A DNA stretch of 64,000 nucleotides, from IMG/VR virus record IMGVR_UViG_3300028591_000085, positions 1 through 64,000 of that record; one strand, 5' to 3'. Positions 20,622-33,200 of the stretch are shown one piece after another (position 1 is the first letter of the stretch; every line of letters begins with the position of its first letter). The stretch is from a virus (Duplodnaviria; Caudoviricetes). The notes under the pieces are model-generated. The model was not told the DNA's origin, did no database searches, and saw only the letters and a list, made by a program, of their open reading frames with translations. Made by a program: the position numbers and the translations under genes.

Positions 20622-23600
20622 ATGTCATATCAATCACCATGGTCTAATCCTTATGGTAATAATAATTCTGGATTTTTACCTCAAAAATATCCATATTATG
20701 AATGGAAAGAAGAAAAACGTGGTAATGAAAATTTACCAAAAAATGAAATAGCACCTACGACAATAGACAATGTACGTATTTCGGAAAATGAAGTGAAATT
20801 AATTCCGTTATATAGTACATCAACATATGAATTTGGATTTAAACTTAATATAATTTCAAGAGATGCTAGTAACTTGGAAACTACTCTAGGTATTCAATTC
20901 TATATTAAAAATCTTGTAAAAGATGGAAGTAAAGATAAAATATTCCAAATAGGTTTATTAGGATTAGGAATCGTACAATGGCTTGCGCCGGGCGATGGGA
21001 CTTCTCAATATGATACCCCCAGTATAAATGTAAGTTATTCAGCAACGATTGATTCTAATAAGACCAGCGATGAAACTATAATCAAACAGTCTGTTAGTGG
21101 TAATAATTTGCATTTAACTAAGTTTGGTGCAAATATTACAAATGTTACATTGGGTAGTAACTTTTATTATACAATGAATTATAAAACAATTGGTGATATT
21201 GTAACCTGTGACAGTTGGTTAAATGAAGAAAGATTCCTTACATCAACTGAACAACAAGTTACTGTTAAACATGGTTCAGATGGTAAGAAGAGATTAGTTA
21301 TAAAACTTAACTCGCTTACAATAAGCCCATATTTAGATGGTAACTGGAATATTAGAGAAGGAAATATTGATCAGATTTTCCAGGATGAAGATAATTATGT
21401 CTTAATTCTTTGGGAAAGAGGCGACTTATTATATCGCGATGAACAATTAGCATCACCTAAGACAGTTTCATGCATTCTTCCGGATTTCGATGCTCGTATA
21501 GCTCCAACGCAATCTACGAATCCTGAAGTACCATCAGTATCATGGACACTTAATTTAACTGACAAATTAGCAGAAATTGCGTATAAATATGCTGATAGTG
21601 CTAAGAAAAATCCTGTAACTGAAGATGTACTGGAATTGTCAGCTTATCATAATTTAGATTATAATGTGTATGTGTTACCTATAATCGAATGTAAAAATAA
21701 AAGATATAATGTCAGAATATATTCAAATAACACATATATGGATATTATCGAATATCCTAAGAACACGACGACTGAATATACTCTCAGACCTGACCAATCA
21801 ATGCTTGCTGAATTTGCAAATATAAAAACAAATGAAGCAACCCTTTATTTATATCATTATTGTAAAAATAAAAATAGTAAAGATACTATATTCAAATATA
21901 CAGATGATGCAACATTACAGCATCTTAATGGATTTATCGGTGTTGATTCCGCAACATTTGAATTAGCTATACCACGTGATGACGTACCCGCTATATCTAA
22001 TAGCCAAGCATTACGTAGTAGATACAAGCCTGGTACAACTGTTGTAGATAATGCAGTTCGAAGAGATTCTTCTAAATTGGTATATTCGATTACAGATTAT
22101 ATTTATGATTGGAGATCTCCTGGTGCACAGGAATCAAATAAAGATAAAATTAATTATATACCTATGATGGGAAATAATGCTGAGCATACTAAGAATTTAC
22201 CTCTTACGGATTTCAGAAAATATGCTCTCATAACAGGACAAAGTAAAATTGGTGTTGAAGCACAGTTTACATCTGTACCTGAGAAATATATGGAATATGA
22301 TAAAACAAAGATTATATCAATTGATTTGAAAGCTAATGATACAACATATCCATTGGTATCTTTCTCAAATGGAGATATGTTTGGTACTGATTTTTGCAAT
22401 GAGTCAATTAACTTTGTTAAATGTAGTCCTATTTCAATAATAATGCAAAATGGTAGGAATGATTCAATTGAAGAGTCCATAGCCAGTGGTACATCATTCC
22501 ATTCATATAGAAAAGAAATTGATAAAATTGATCATAGTATATCTATGTATAATTACAGCCCTCCGACAGTACAGTTGGATGTTGATTTTGAATCAAAGAG
22601 TGACGGTAATAATATAACAATAACACCATTATTAAAACTTGCAATATCTCACAGATCAATAGTAGATCCTTCAAGAGCTGAGTCTGAATCAGTATATACT
22701 AACCCAGATCAAACAGAATATCAAGTTTCCCATACTGATTATGGTGCAGTTACATATAAAGCATATTATAAATTAAAATATACTGATGGTAGCGAAGATG
22801 CTAATTATTATTTAACAAATATTGATGGTACCACCGATGATTTAGTTGATAATAATTCATCAGTGTATAATGAACTTCGTACTGATACTTGCGGCTATAG
22901 TGAAGCACAAATTATAAAAAAGCAGAGTAATGGGGGATCGTTAAGTTCCATTTCATTTGAAAAAACTATTAATAATAATACCATAATGGCTTCACAAATA
23001 GATTTTATTCTTATTTGGCACGACTACTTCAATCAAGGTATTGTTGAAAAATCCTATCCGATTTTTATAAATAATACTGCCAACCAAGATGAAGCATTAT
23101 CAACATTAAATTCAACTGAAGTGTTTGTGGATGTTGATATTACTCATATGGGAATAGGTATTGGTAGTGATTACGATGATAAAGCCAATACGGTCATTTC
23201 TGATAAACTTACGTCCAATATTAATCAACCTAATAAAATTAAAACTGATCTTGGTGGATCAGATTTATTACCGTCAACATCATTTAAGAATGTAATTGTT
23301 AACTGGGATTCAGTATTTATGCGCGAAGCATATTTTAAAGAAGCTGCATTTTTCTATGAGGGTATAAGAATAAATTTATATCCTGCATCAATTGGAAATA
23401 ATAGTAATGTTACTGTAAAATATAATCCCAATAATGGTCAACTTGAAATTGATGCTTCATCAAAACGATATAAAGAAAATATTGAATATGATATAGATAC
23501 TGATTCATATCATGATCAATTTGAAAGAATTAAAGTAGCAAAATATAACTATAAAGATTCTCAAAATAATACACCTAAAGATAATACTCCTCATAATCTC

Positions 23601-23777
23601 GGATTTATTGCAGAAGATCTTGATGAGGTTAATAAGGATCTTGTAATTTATAACAATGACGGACTTCCTGAAAACTATAAAGATAGAGATATGCTCGCTT
23701 TATTATATCTTGAAGTTAAACGTCAAAATGAAAAAATTAAAGAACTTGAAGAACAGATTGCTGAACTTTTAAGTTAA
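20622..23777 (+). CDS. Tail fibre/spike with C-terminal intramolecular chaperone (peptidase S74)
   Basis: SSKRYKENI...GFIAEDL...terminal coiled coil QNEKIKELEEQIAEL. Confidence 0.85.
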   Translation: MSYQSPWSNPYGNNNSGFLPQKYPYYEWKEEKRGNENLPKNEIAPTTIDNVRISENEVKLIPLYSTSTYEFGFKLNIISRDASNLETTLGIQFYIKNLVKDGSKDKIFQIGLLGLGIVQWLAPGDGTSQYDTPSINVSYSATIDSNKTSDETIIKQSVSGNNLHLTKFGANITNVTLGSNFYYTMNYKTIGDIVTCDSWLNEERFLTSTEQQVTVKHGSDGKKRLVIKLNSLTISPYLDGNWNIREGNIDQIFQDEDNYVLILWERGDLLYRDEQLASPKTVSCILPDFDARIAPTQSTNPEVPSVSWTLNLTDKLAEIAYKYADSAKKNPVTEDVLELSAYHNLDYNVYVLPIIECKNKRYNVRIYSNNTYMDIIEYPKNTTTEYTLRPDQSMLAEFANIKTNEATLYLYHYCKNKNSKDTIFKYTDDATLQHLNGFIGVDSATFELAIPRDDVPAISNSQALRSRYKPGTTVVDNAVRRDSSKLVYSITDYIYDWRSPGAQESNKDKINYIPMMGNNAEHTKNLPLTDFRKYALITGQSKIGVEAQFTSVPEKYMEYDKTKIISIDLKANDTTYPLVSFSNGDMFGTDFCNESINFVKCSPISIIMQNGRNDSIEESIASGTSFHSYRKEIDKIDHSISMYNYSPPTVQLDVDFESKSDGNNITITPLLKLAISHRSIVDPSRAESESVYTNPDQTEYQVSHTDYGAVTYKAYYKLKYTDGSEDANYYLTNIDGTTDDLVDNNSSVYNELRTDTCGYSEAQIIKKQSNGGSLSSISFEKTINNNTIMASQIDFILIWHDYFNQGIVEKSYPIFINNTANQDEALSTLNSTEVFVDVDITHMGIGIGSDYDDKANTVISDKLTSNINQPNKIKTDLGGSDLLPSTSFKNVIVNWDSVFMREAYFKEAAFFYEGIRINLYPASIGNNSNVTVKYNPNNGQLEIDASSKRYKENIEYDIDTDSYHDQFERIKVAKYNYKDSQNNTPKDNTPHNLGFIAEDLDEVNKDLVIYNNDGLPENYKDRDMLALLYLEVKRQNEKIKELEEQIAELLS

Positions 23778-23796
23778 TAATATAAATATTATAAAC

Positions 23797-23840
23797 AAAA
23801 AATAAGGATGTAGAACCTAAGTTCTACATCCTTATTTTTT
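23797..23840. terminator. Bidirectional terminator
   Basis: aaaaaataaggatgtagaac / gttctacatccttatttttt. Confidence 0.9.
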
Positions 23841-25015
23841 TAAGGAATTATAATTTGACTTCTTAATACATACTCATTTATCTCAATATCAGCAATTACC
23901 TGCATAACATCAGACTTATGAACCATTGTATTTTCATCAAATAAATCACTCGGATAATTGTCAGATACAACTAATAATGCGTACGAATTACTTACAGTAC
24001 TTCTAGTATATGTGTATACTGGCTCATCTGAATTATTAGCATCGGATGAATCATCATTCGGATTAGAATTGTCTGTTTCTGAATTGGTGTCGGATGGATT
24101 TGAATCAGTAGTACTGGGTTCAGTATTAGGATTATCATTATCATTATCATTTTCTGTATGACACCCACCACAATTACAACTACATTCATTATTAGACTCA
24201 TTATCATTTCCAACTGATGTATCTCCAGAAGATAGTCTAATATTATCTGAAAGTATTTGATTAATAGTCGCGTCATTATAGATTACTGTGAAATTAGTAA
24301 GATCTATCGTTAAATTTAACTCAATAGTCCTAGGATTAAATTCATTAACAATAGGACTTATTTCATAACCTTCATCAGAAGTTGAATATATCAAAAGTTT
24401 ATTTTTTAACGATGTGTTTATGGTACAAGACCTACAATTATAACTCTGACCATAAATTGACGGATGATTATTAACATCTTCATTTTCAAATCTATCTATA
24501 TAGATATCTATAGAATTTATATTAATAATTGTTTTTTGACTTTTAGTACAAATAACTCCATAAGGAAGTTTATTCGTGATGACCCAATCAATATTAGAAG
24601 TTAATCTTTTAAATCTTCTATAAACACATTCATTTTCTTCATTTACACCTAACGGATATATGAAATCAGTAAATTGCATAGGTTTGATTACAACAGAATG
24701 CTCAATTTCTTTACCCTCAGAATTACATAAACTGTAATCGACTGATACTGTAAATTGAGATTGAATTTTATCAATTTGAGTAATATCTTTATCTTTCAAA
24801 TAATTAATTAATTCACAAGCTTTTTCTTTATTAGATTTTATTCCAACATTAGACCAATCGGTAAAATACATTACAGCAGTAACAGTCTTTTGTGTGGTAT
24901 CAGTTGATAAGTTTACTATATTTTTATTTAAAACTTTCACATCACGTATAGGAGCAGATACATCTTGGTTAATCTGATATACTTTTTTTCCTATAATAGT
25001 ATAAATAGCTTTCAT
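23840..25015 (-). CDS. Hypothetical (probably structural) protein with D/N/S-rich linker and C-terminal shared module
   Basis: CSCNCGGC, low-complexity linker, YALLVVSD...FDENTM...EYV module also found in the wedge protein. Confidence 0.65.
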   Translation of the reverse strand: MKAIYTIIGKKVYQINQDVSAPIRDVKVLNKNIVNLSTDTTQKTVTAVMYFTDWSNVGIKSNKEKACELINYLKDKDITQIDKIQSQFTVSVDYSLCNSEGKEIEHSVVIKPMQFTDFIYPLGVNEENECVYRRFKRLTSNIDWVITNKLPYGVICTKSQKTIININSIDIYIDRFENEDVNNHPSIYGQSYNCRSCTINTSLKNKLLIYSTSDEGYEISPIVNEFNPRTIELNLTIDLTNFTVIYNDATINQILSDNIRLSSGDTSVGNDNESNNECSCNCGGCHTENDNDNDNPNTEPSTTDSNPSDTNSETDNSNPNDDSSDANNSDEPVYTYTRSTVSNSYALLVVSDNYPSDLFDENTMVHKSDVMQVIADIEINEYVLRSQIIIP

Positions 25016-25626
25016 ATTAATTCCACCTTCTTATTTGATAATTTTCTTTTATTAAAATTACAATCATAATTTTCCATATATTCAATTTTTATTTCTATTC
25101 GCGGTTTAATTGAATAAAACTTTCTAGATATCCCTTCGATAACTAATGCGTCATCATATATTAATATCCCTTGTATCATATCACAATATGCTTTAGCAAC
25201 ATTATCCCAGTCGGGTTTAGATACTGGGCGTATTAATCCTAGTTCAGCACAAAGCTTCTCAATATTATTCATACTATTAGGAGTTGGAAAATATGAGTCA
25301 CAATAAAATTTTGTAGGAGTAGTTATTAAAGGTACGTCCGGCTGTGTCTTCATAAAGTTTTTAAAAAACTTTTTATTATCTTTTGCTCCTTTAACATAGA
25401 ATATTCCATTTTTTCCGCTTCTAGGTCTTGGTGTTGCTTTTGGTAATAAATAAATAGTATATTCAAGTTGTTTCCATTTAATATTTTTTATATATTCTAT
25501 AGTGTTAATTACTTTTGGGTGTGATAAATTTAATTTAGATTTATCACATATAAATTTTATTCGTTCATCATATTCTGATGGTATATCAGAATATTTTTCA
25601 TTATATTCTTTTTCAATTTTAAGCAT
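25012..25626 (-). CDS. rusA: RusA-family Holliday junction resolvase
   Basis: PKATPRPR, KPDWDNVAKAYCD, YDDALV, KFYSIKPRIEIKI. Confidence 0.88.
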   Translation of the reverse strand: MLKIEKEYNEKYSDIPSEYDERIKFICDKSKLNLSHPKVINTIEYIKNIKWKQLEYTIYLLPKATPRPRSGKNGIFYVKGAKDNKKFFKNFMKTQPDVPLITTPTKFYCDSYFPTPNSMNNIEKLCAELGLIRPVSKPDWDNVAKAYCDMIQGILIYDDALVIEGISRKFYSIKPRIEIKIEYMENYDCNFNKRKLSNKKVELI

Positions 25627-25647
25627 TATAATTCTCTCTTTTCAAAT

Positions 25648-27171
25648 TTATTTAGTTAATCTAGCAAAATTTAATATTTTTTCATTTACAGATTCTTCCC
25701 ACCTTAATGCGGGAGCAGTTAAATCTCTAAAAAATCCTGATACAGAATCATTCACTTTCATTGCTATCTTTTTTTGAAGATTAGGTTTAACTACTGATAA
25801 ACCAGTATTTACTGCTAAAAACTCTATTAAACTTGCATTATTTCTGAATAATCTAGGCTCACTAGATAATACTAACTGACTATATAAATCAGTAACATTT
25901 AAATTTACATCAACTTCACACGGTAAACCTTCAGCCGACCATGAATCACCAGCTCTACTTATTGATATTGAATCAACTATTCCCATATTACATGAGAACT
26001 GTCCATCAACAGTAGCCTTTACTAAGAATGGTGCACCGTATGTATTGTTGTTACCACCAACTTTTGCTTGTCTCGGCAATGCAAGAGCAACCAAATGCAT
26101 CAATGGTACAAATACGTTTAAGTAATAAGCTAATTTATTTCCATATGGAGATTTAAGATGTACTGTTATATCATATGATTTTGAATATGATGACGATTGC
26201 CAAATTTGAGGCATTATTAAATTCTCGCCTCTAATTATATTAGAAGATAGATTTATTAATCTGGATAAGCATGTACCAACTTGACCTAATGTACCATTGT
26301 TAGAACTAAGTTCAGCAATGCCGCTTGATAAAGCTTGACCAGTATTATTAGCAAATTCCGATAGGTTATCAGATATATTTCCCAAACCACCTGAGTTCGC
26401 TAAGAATGAGAATTCTTTTATAAAATTTTGACCAGATTCAAATGCACTTTTTATAGCAGAATCTGCAGTACTATTTTGCATACTTTCATTGAACGGGGTT
26501 TCAGGATCAATATAGAATTGAACAAATTTAGTAGCATCTTTAGCAGTACTATTATCTGAATAGCCATCAAATCCTAATCCTGACATAAAACCAGACCAAG
26601 TATTTCGGAAATTATCATATATTGATGACATTGTATTATCTAGCCAATTCCCAAATGATTGCGATGATTGACCAGTCTCCATATTTATTCTATCCCAACT
26701 TAATCTACTAAGTGGTTGACCACAATACTCAACATCACCAATATCCAAAAATATTGCTCCAGCTTGACATAACTTATTTACATATGTCATATAATCTGTA
26801 TAGTTTGCTTTAAAATCATATAATCTTACTTCTTTATTTGTTGATCCTGAATTTATTAATCCTGGTTCTCCACCTGTATACGCTCCATTAATAATACCAC
26901 TTACAATACGACCACCATCTTTAGCGGATATTGTATCTGCTAAAACATCAGCAAACGCAAACGAAGCCGCTGATGAATCTTCATCACCATCTACCGATGG
27001 TAAATAATCAGGTTCACCAGGGATAATAGTACAAATAGGTGCATCATTCAAAATATATTTACAAAAATTAGCACCCATTTTACTCGATATATCAGATACA
27101 CGGGGATCAACCATTGATGAAAATTGATGTGGAGCACCAAATACATAATTTGTTAGTTTATATATACCCAT
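25648..27171 (-). CDS. Baseplate hub / tail-tube cap protein (T4 gp48-like fold)
   Basis: SKSYDITVHLKSP...LALPRQ...APFLV...IVDSISISR...GLPCEVDVNLNVTDL; directly downstream of the tape-measure-like gene. Confidence 0.6.
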   Translation of the reverse strand: MGIYKLTNYVFGAPHQFSSMVDPRVSDISSKMGANFCKYILNDAPICTIIPGEPDYLPSVDGDEDSSAASFAFADVLADTISAKDGGRIVSGIINGAYTGGEPGLINSGSTNKEVRLYDFKANYTDYMTYVNKLCQAGAIFLDIGDVEYCGQPLSRLSWDRINMETGQSSQSFGNWLDNTMSSIYDNFRNTWSGFMSGLGFDGYSDNSTAKDATKFVQFYIDPETPFNESMQNSTADSAIKSAFESGQNFIKEFSFLANSGGLGNISDNLSEFANNTGQALSSGIAELSSNNGTLGQVGTCLSRLINLSSNIIRGENLIMPQIWQSSSYSKSYDITVHLKSPYGNKLAYYLNVFVPLMHLVALALPRQAKVGGNNNTYGAPFLVKATVDGQFSCNMGIVDSISISRAGDSWSAEGLPCEVDVNLNVTDLYSQLVLSSEPRLFRNNASLIEFLAVNTGLSVVKPNLQKKIAMKVNDSVSGFFRDLTAPALRWEESVNEKILNFARLTK

Positions 27172-27201
27172 TTTTTTTAGGTCCCCCTTTATTATTTAAA
27201 A

Positions 27202-27242
27202 AAATGAATAAGGAGAATGTAGGACATTCTCCTTATTCATTT
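27202..27242. terminator. Terminator-like hairpin overlapping a late promoter
   Basis: aaatgaataaggagaatgt / acattctccttattcattt. Confidence 0.75.
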
Positions 27243-27245
27243 GTT
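27233..27245 (-). promoter_or_regulatory. Late-type promoter AACA-N6-TAA
   Basis: AACAaatgaaTAA. Confidence 0.55.
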
Positions 27246-27262
27246 TTCTTAACAAGCTATTT

Positions 27263-30200
27263 TTATAAACCTCTGGCAATCTTTCTTGCAATAATAGTAT
27301 TTCTCGAACTATCGCCAGCTAATGATGTTTTAGGCTTATGGGCAGCTTCCATATTACGAATAGTATCCTGTATTACAGTACTATTGTTATTAACTATATT
27401 TTGTGGTTTTATTGAACTCAATCCAGTAATACCATTGCTGGTATTATAAGTATTGGTTACAATATTATTTAAAAGTCCTATAATTTGTTGCATACTCGCG
27501 GGGTCAACTTGACTAGTATTAATATTATTAGTAACATGATTAGTGCTTCTATAAATATCACTTGCTGTTCCTCCATCAATTAAACCAGATTCAATTGAGA
27601 AGTCCTCAGTGCCTAATCCATAACCACCACGATTAGTAATTTTTCTATTTGATTTAATTAAATCATCTGTATATTTATTTATTTTATTAGTAGTATCTTT
27701 AATTGATTTCGCATTACGATGTTTAATAGAAGCTGATGTGTTGGTATTACCCTTGCCAGCCCGTGATTTTTTACGTGAACCATATCCACCACTATTTAAT
27801 GAATCCATATAATTCTTATAATTAATAGAAGAACTAATATTCGGCATACTAGAAGAACTGGTAGAAGTATTGGATTTCTTAGTAGCTTTGTTCGCAAATT
27901 CATCATAGTACTTTTGAGCGGCATTCCTACGATTATCTGACATAGGTATGCCTGGTCTTTCATAAACCTTCATGAATGATTCAGCAGCTCTAATTGGATC
28001 AGATATACTTTTGAACTCATCATATGTCATACCACCAAGTTCTACCCAATCACTGTAAATTGTATCATTTCTACCGGAATTAGTCATTGTCTTGTGGAGA
28101 TATTCCATCTGTAAACCTACATCATTTCTCCACGCCAAATTATCTCCTTTTACTTCTTGTGAATATGCACCTATTTTAGATCCCCATGGAGTCCATTGAA
28201 CCAGTCCACCGCCACCGTCTTGCGAATATACACCTGGGTCAAAACCAGATTCTTGTTCAATATTACCCATAATACCAGCAATTGCTGCTGCTGAATATCC
28301 ATATCCAGCAAGTGCATTCCACACTTGTTCTTTAACACTGTTACCATCAACAGTGCCTGCGGCATCACTAGAAGCACTTGATGAACTATCAAGTGATGCA
28401 TCACTAGATGAACTTGAAGAAGATGATGACGAACTACTTGATTTAAGTCCAGACAAGAAGCCAGAATAATCTGTGTCTAATTCTCCAGTAAACATTGCAT
28501 TTGTCATTCTTCGACCAGCTTCACTAAATACCGAAGCTATGAAACTCATACCATCTTCAACTGATGAACTTGATGATGATGAGCTTGATGCCATAGATGC
28601 ATCAGAAGAAGATGATGAACTTGCTGTACCAAGAGGTACGTAGTTGTTACTAGCATCCGTGTATGCATAACCAATTACACCTTTATTCTGCCATTCAGAG
28701 AACGGAGTTGCTTGTATTACACCATCATCGGCAGATACTACATTGTCAGAGTTACCATTTGCTTCAGACCAATATACTGTTTGATTATCTTTATCAACAC
28801 CTTCTACATATACAACATGTCCATACGGACTGCTAGAATGCATAGAAGCTAATGAATCATCAGCAATTTCACTACCTGTAGGTAAACCTAACCCGCTGAC
28901 AGTATTTACTACATCTTGACCGTTTCCTAATGAAACGCCTTTATTAAGGCCTTCCCATTTAGCTCGTTCCCATGCACGTCCTTCAGCATACCATGTACAT
29001 TGACCAGCATCACATTGAGCTTTGGATGTATATCCTTCAGAACTAAAATCAGCAAGGCGCTGGCCTACTGCAGCTTTAAGTTCTTGAATATGTTTACTAT
29101 TATCATGGGTTCCAGATGATGTCGTTCCATCAGTAGAAGACTGTTTTTTCTGATAATCTGCATAATCAGCAGCAGAATTAATACGAGGTGTATTTCCTTT
29201 TCCAGTTCCTCTTCCGCCACCGTATGATTTTACAGGTAAAGAGCTGTTTCTAACATTAGATGTCAGACCGCCTAATTGTGTTTTATTAAGTTTAATAAGT
29301 TCGGGTAAATTCATAGAATTCTTATTAATAATAGCTTTTCCAGAACCACCTGCACCTATCTTTGAAAGTATCTCATTATATATTGCTCTATATGATGAGG
29401 CATCATAATGAAGACCACCATCACTTGATTTAATTGTACCGTCGTTGACTTTTTCAGTAAACCATGAATCTAAATCTATAAACTTAATTTTATCATTTTT
29501 TAATTCACTTATTGCTTTCTTAAGCGCACTATTGTATGATTTAATGTAATCACTATTTTTAGATTTTGATGCTAAGTGACCTACAGATACAAAATATATT
29601 GTATTTTTTATACTTGAAGCTATTTTTTCTGCTTGATAAGCATACAATTTAGCAGTGTCAGTCATTTGGGTATTCGGGGTGTTTTCAGCAACATCGTTTA
29701 TACCTAACCAAATAACTACTTTAGCATTTGTACTACCTTTAGCATATTCAGCTATTTTTGCAGGTGCGGTATATGTAAACCATTGAATACCTTGCGATAC
29801 TTGAGCAATGTATACATTACCATCTTTACCTTCAGTATAAATAGCATTCATACCTTCACCGTTATAAGCATTGACTGATGTATACATTCCAACAGTTCGT
29901 GAATCACCAACGAATATAACTTTGGAATTATTAGGCTTTGATTTAACCGAATCTAAACTATCTGAACGGTTATCACCATTTTTCTTATTATCAGTATTTT
30001 TCTCACCTTGCTTATAGCCATTCAAACCTTTTTGCATAATAAGCGAAGGATAATCAGTATTACATTTATCCATGTCTACGGCTTTACCAGGAATACCTTT
30101 AACCTGCATTTCCTGTGGATCTCCAGCATATTGCCAAATTTTCCATTTAAGGGTAGGCTGATAACTTCCCCATTTAGCAACCCATAGTGCATATTTATTT

Positions 30201-33200
30201 TTAGTTTCTTTAGTTACATGATCAAATGTAGCATTTTCTGATCCATATACCATTGGTAAATAGTTATTTTTTTCAAGAACTGAACAGAATGCCTCGATTA
30301 TCTTAGACACTTTTTCAGCACCTAATGATTCAAGAGATACAGTTCTATATTTTTCTTCAACATCATATGCAATAGGCATATCAAATTTTTTACCTTTAAT
30401 TATATCTAAACAACGTTTAGCTTCAGCAATAGCTTCATTTTCAGTATTCGCACGACAGTAATAATATCCTCCAACATGAATACCAGCATTAATACAACCA
30501 GCATAATGCTCTTCAAACATATTATCGGTAATATCTTGACCTTCACCAATTTTAATCATGGCAAATTCTATACCATCAGCTTTAGCTTTCTTATAATCAC
30601 AATTAGTTTGACAATAACTAATATCAACACCTTTAGCACCGGATTTCATCGAATCTTCTCTATTATCAATACTAGAATATTCATAGTCAGAATTACTAGA
30701 TGAAGATGATGTACTTGTTCCAGTACTTGATGATGAACTCGTTGATGTACCAATTGTAGCATTCGATGACTCAGATGATGATTTTTCACCACGAATACTT
30801 GCAAGGATATCAGAGAAATCCACATTGAAATTACCGGTAAATAATCCATTTATTAATGCGGTACCTACTCTAGAAAATACTTGAGAAATGAAATCAAGTA
30901 TTGAGGGCTTTGAGTCTTTACTTGAACTGCTCGATGTTGATGAGTTATTGGAGCCTGGTTTACCTGAAGAACTCATTGATGAAGCATTTGTGGAGGACTT
31001 ATCATTAGATGTACCATATGTTTTTCCAGTATATGGGTCAGCATTAGTATACGCATATCCTAGAACTTTACCACCCCATAACGGGAACTCAGACATAGGT
31101 GTTTCTATAACACAACCATCTTCAGCTCTAGTTCCACCACGCTGACTTGCTAATCCATCTCCATTCGCTTCAGTCCAGTATACCATGTTATTCTTTTCAT
31201 CAAAACCTTCAATATATACTGCATGACCAGATTCACTACCAGTATCTATCGATGCTACCGAATCATCTGCAATTTCATTACCAGTTGGGAAACCAAGTTT
31301 CCCTGCATTCGCTACAACTTGATTACCGTTGCCTAACATTGACCCTGTATCAAGTGCACCCCATTTAGCACGTTCATATGCACGTCCTTCAGCATACCAT
31401 GTACATTGGCCAACATCACACTGAGCCTTTGTTGTATATCCTTCATTACTAAAATCAGCAATTCTTTTACCGATATTTTCTTTTAACCACTCTATTTGTT
31501 TTTGGTGAAGCTCTTCACGAGAACTTTCAATTTTACGAGGTTTTACATTATCACTGATTAATTTATTTATAACAGCATCTTCAGTCATTCCTGCTGGGAA
31601 TGAGTATGAATTATTATCAGCATCAGTATAATGATATCCACCATTACTATCTCTAGTAATACCTTTTCTATATTCATCTTTAGATACTGATGTTTTAGTA
31701 TTTTTATTATTTGATTTTTTATTAGTACTACTTGATTCATTTTTAAGATACGATGCAAGTTCATTCATATCTTTTACAACTATAATATTTCGATTATTTG
31801 TATCAGGCTTATAAAATGCGTCCGATACATAGGTTTTTCCATTATATGTAAATGACGGTGCATTATTGCCGTAACCAGTTGCTAAGCTCCGTTTATTATA
31901 AATACCATCTTTACCATAAATTTTATCAGCTAATTTGTCAATATTATTAATATCTGAGAAAATATCTTTTTCATTTGTTGATACTGACCATGCCTTAGAA
32001 AGGCTTCCGAATTTTTTATCCTTATCATTATAAGTATATTTATAATTATATCCACCATTATTATCTCTGGTTAATGTTCCTTTATATTTAACCTCATCAG
32101 ACTTGTATCCATCACCGAAACCACCATATTGTCCATTATCAAATGACCAGGCTTTACCGGTTCTATTTACAATATCATTAAGTTTGTATTTCTTGTTATA
32201 AGATTTTCCACGAGGATCACTTATATCAACGTTACCATTTGAATCAATACCAGTAGCAACTACATAATGTCCAGCGTCAGTATAAGGATCATCTCCCCTA
32301 CCACCATAACGTCCATTACCAGATGCTCCTGAAAGAATCATAGGTTTACCACTCTTTAATTCAGATGAAATGAATTGAGAGCTAGGCATGAATTCTTCAG
32401 TAGTATTAATACCATATGCATTTGAAGCATTATCTATAAAATTCCAATTTGTTCCAGTATCATCTCTGTCTCCAGTCATTTCAGCAAGTGCTGCTGTTTC
32501 AGTAGGTAATACAGATTGACCGGTCATCTTGGATGCTATCATAGACATTGCGGTAGGACCACATCCGGTATCATCCATGGTCGCTCCATCATTACCATAC
32601 TTATTTGAACTCCACGCAGAGTCAGACTGTGAGTAATACGGAACACCATTTACATCGTCAGGTCCTCTACCACCCTTAGGAAGTTTCTTTCGAGATTTAG
32701 ACCCCTTACCATTACCTCCCCATAATGATGTGATGTTTTCAATGTAACCAGTAGTAGTATCCTTAACTTCATTCCAAATACCAGTAGCATGCTCTTTGAT
32801 TCCTGAAATAAAGTTATTAATACCTTCAGCTATTCCATCGACAATTTTCGAAACAGTCGGGAATTTTTCGTGTATAGTTTCATATACAGACGACATAAAG
32901 TCGCTTGCCTTATCAAAGAATTTGCTAGTTGCTTCTGTAGTTTTATTCCATAATTCTTTTGCTCTATCTTTAAAATTCTGAAGAGAATTTTTAGCAGTAT
33001 TTTTCAACGGAATCTTTTCTTTAGTTAATAAACCTAATTTTATCTTTTCATTAACTTCATCAGCATTTACTGTTTCGTCAATCAGGTCACCATTAGCATT
33101 ATAATGCTTATAAGTTTTACCATCAGCAACATAATAGCTACCATCAGACGGATCAAACCATCCATACTGATTTGTCAATTTAAGTATCCCTAAACCAGCT

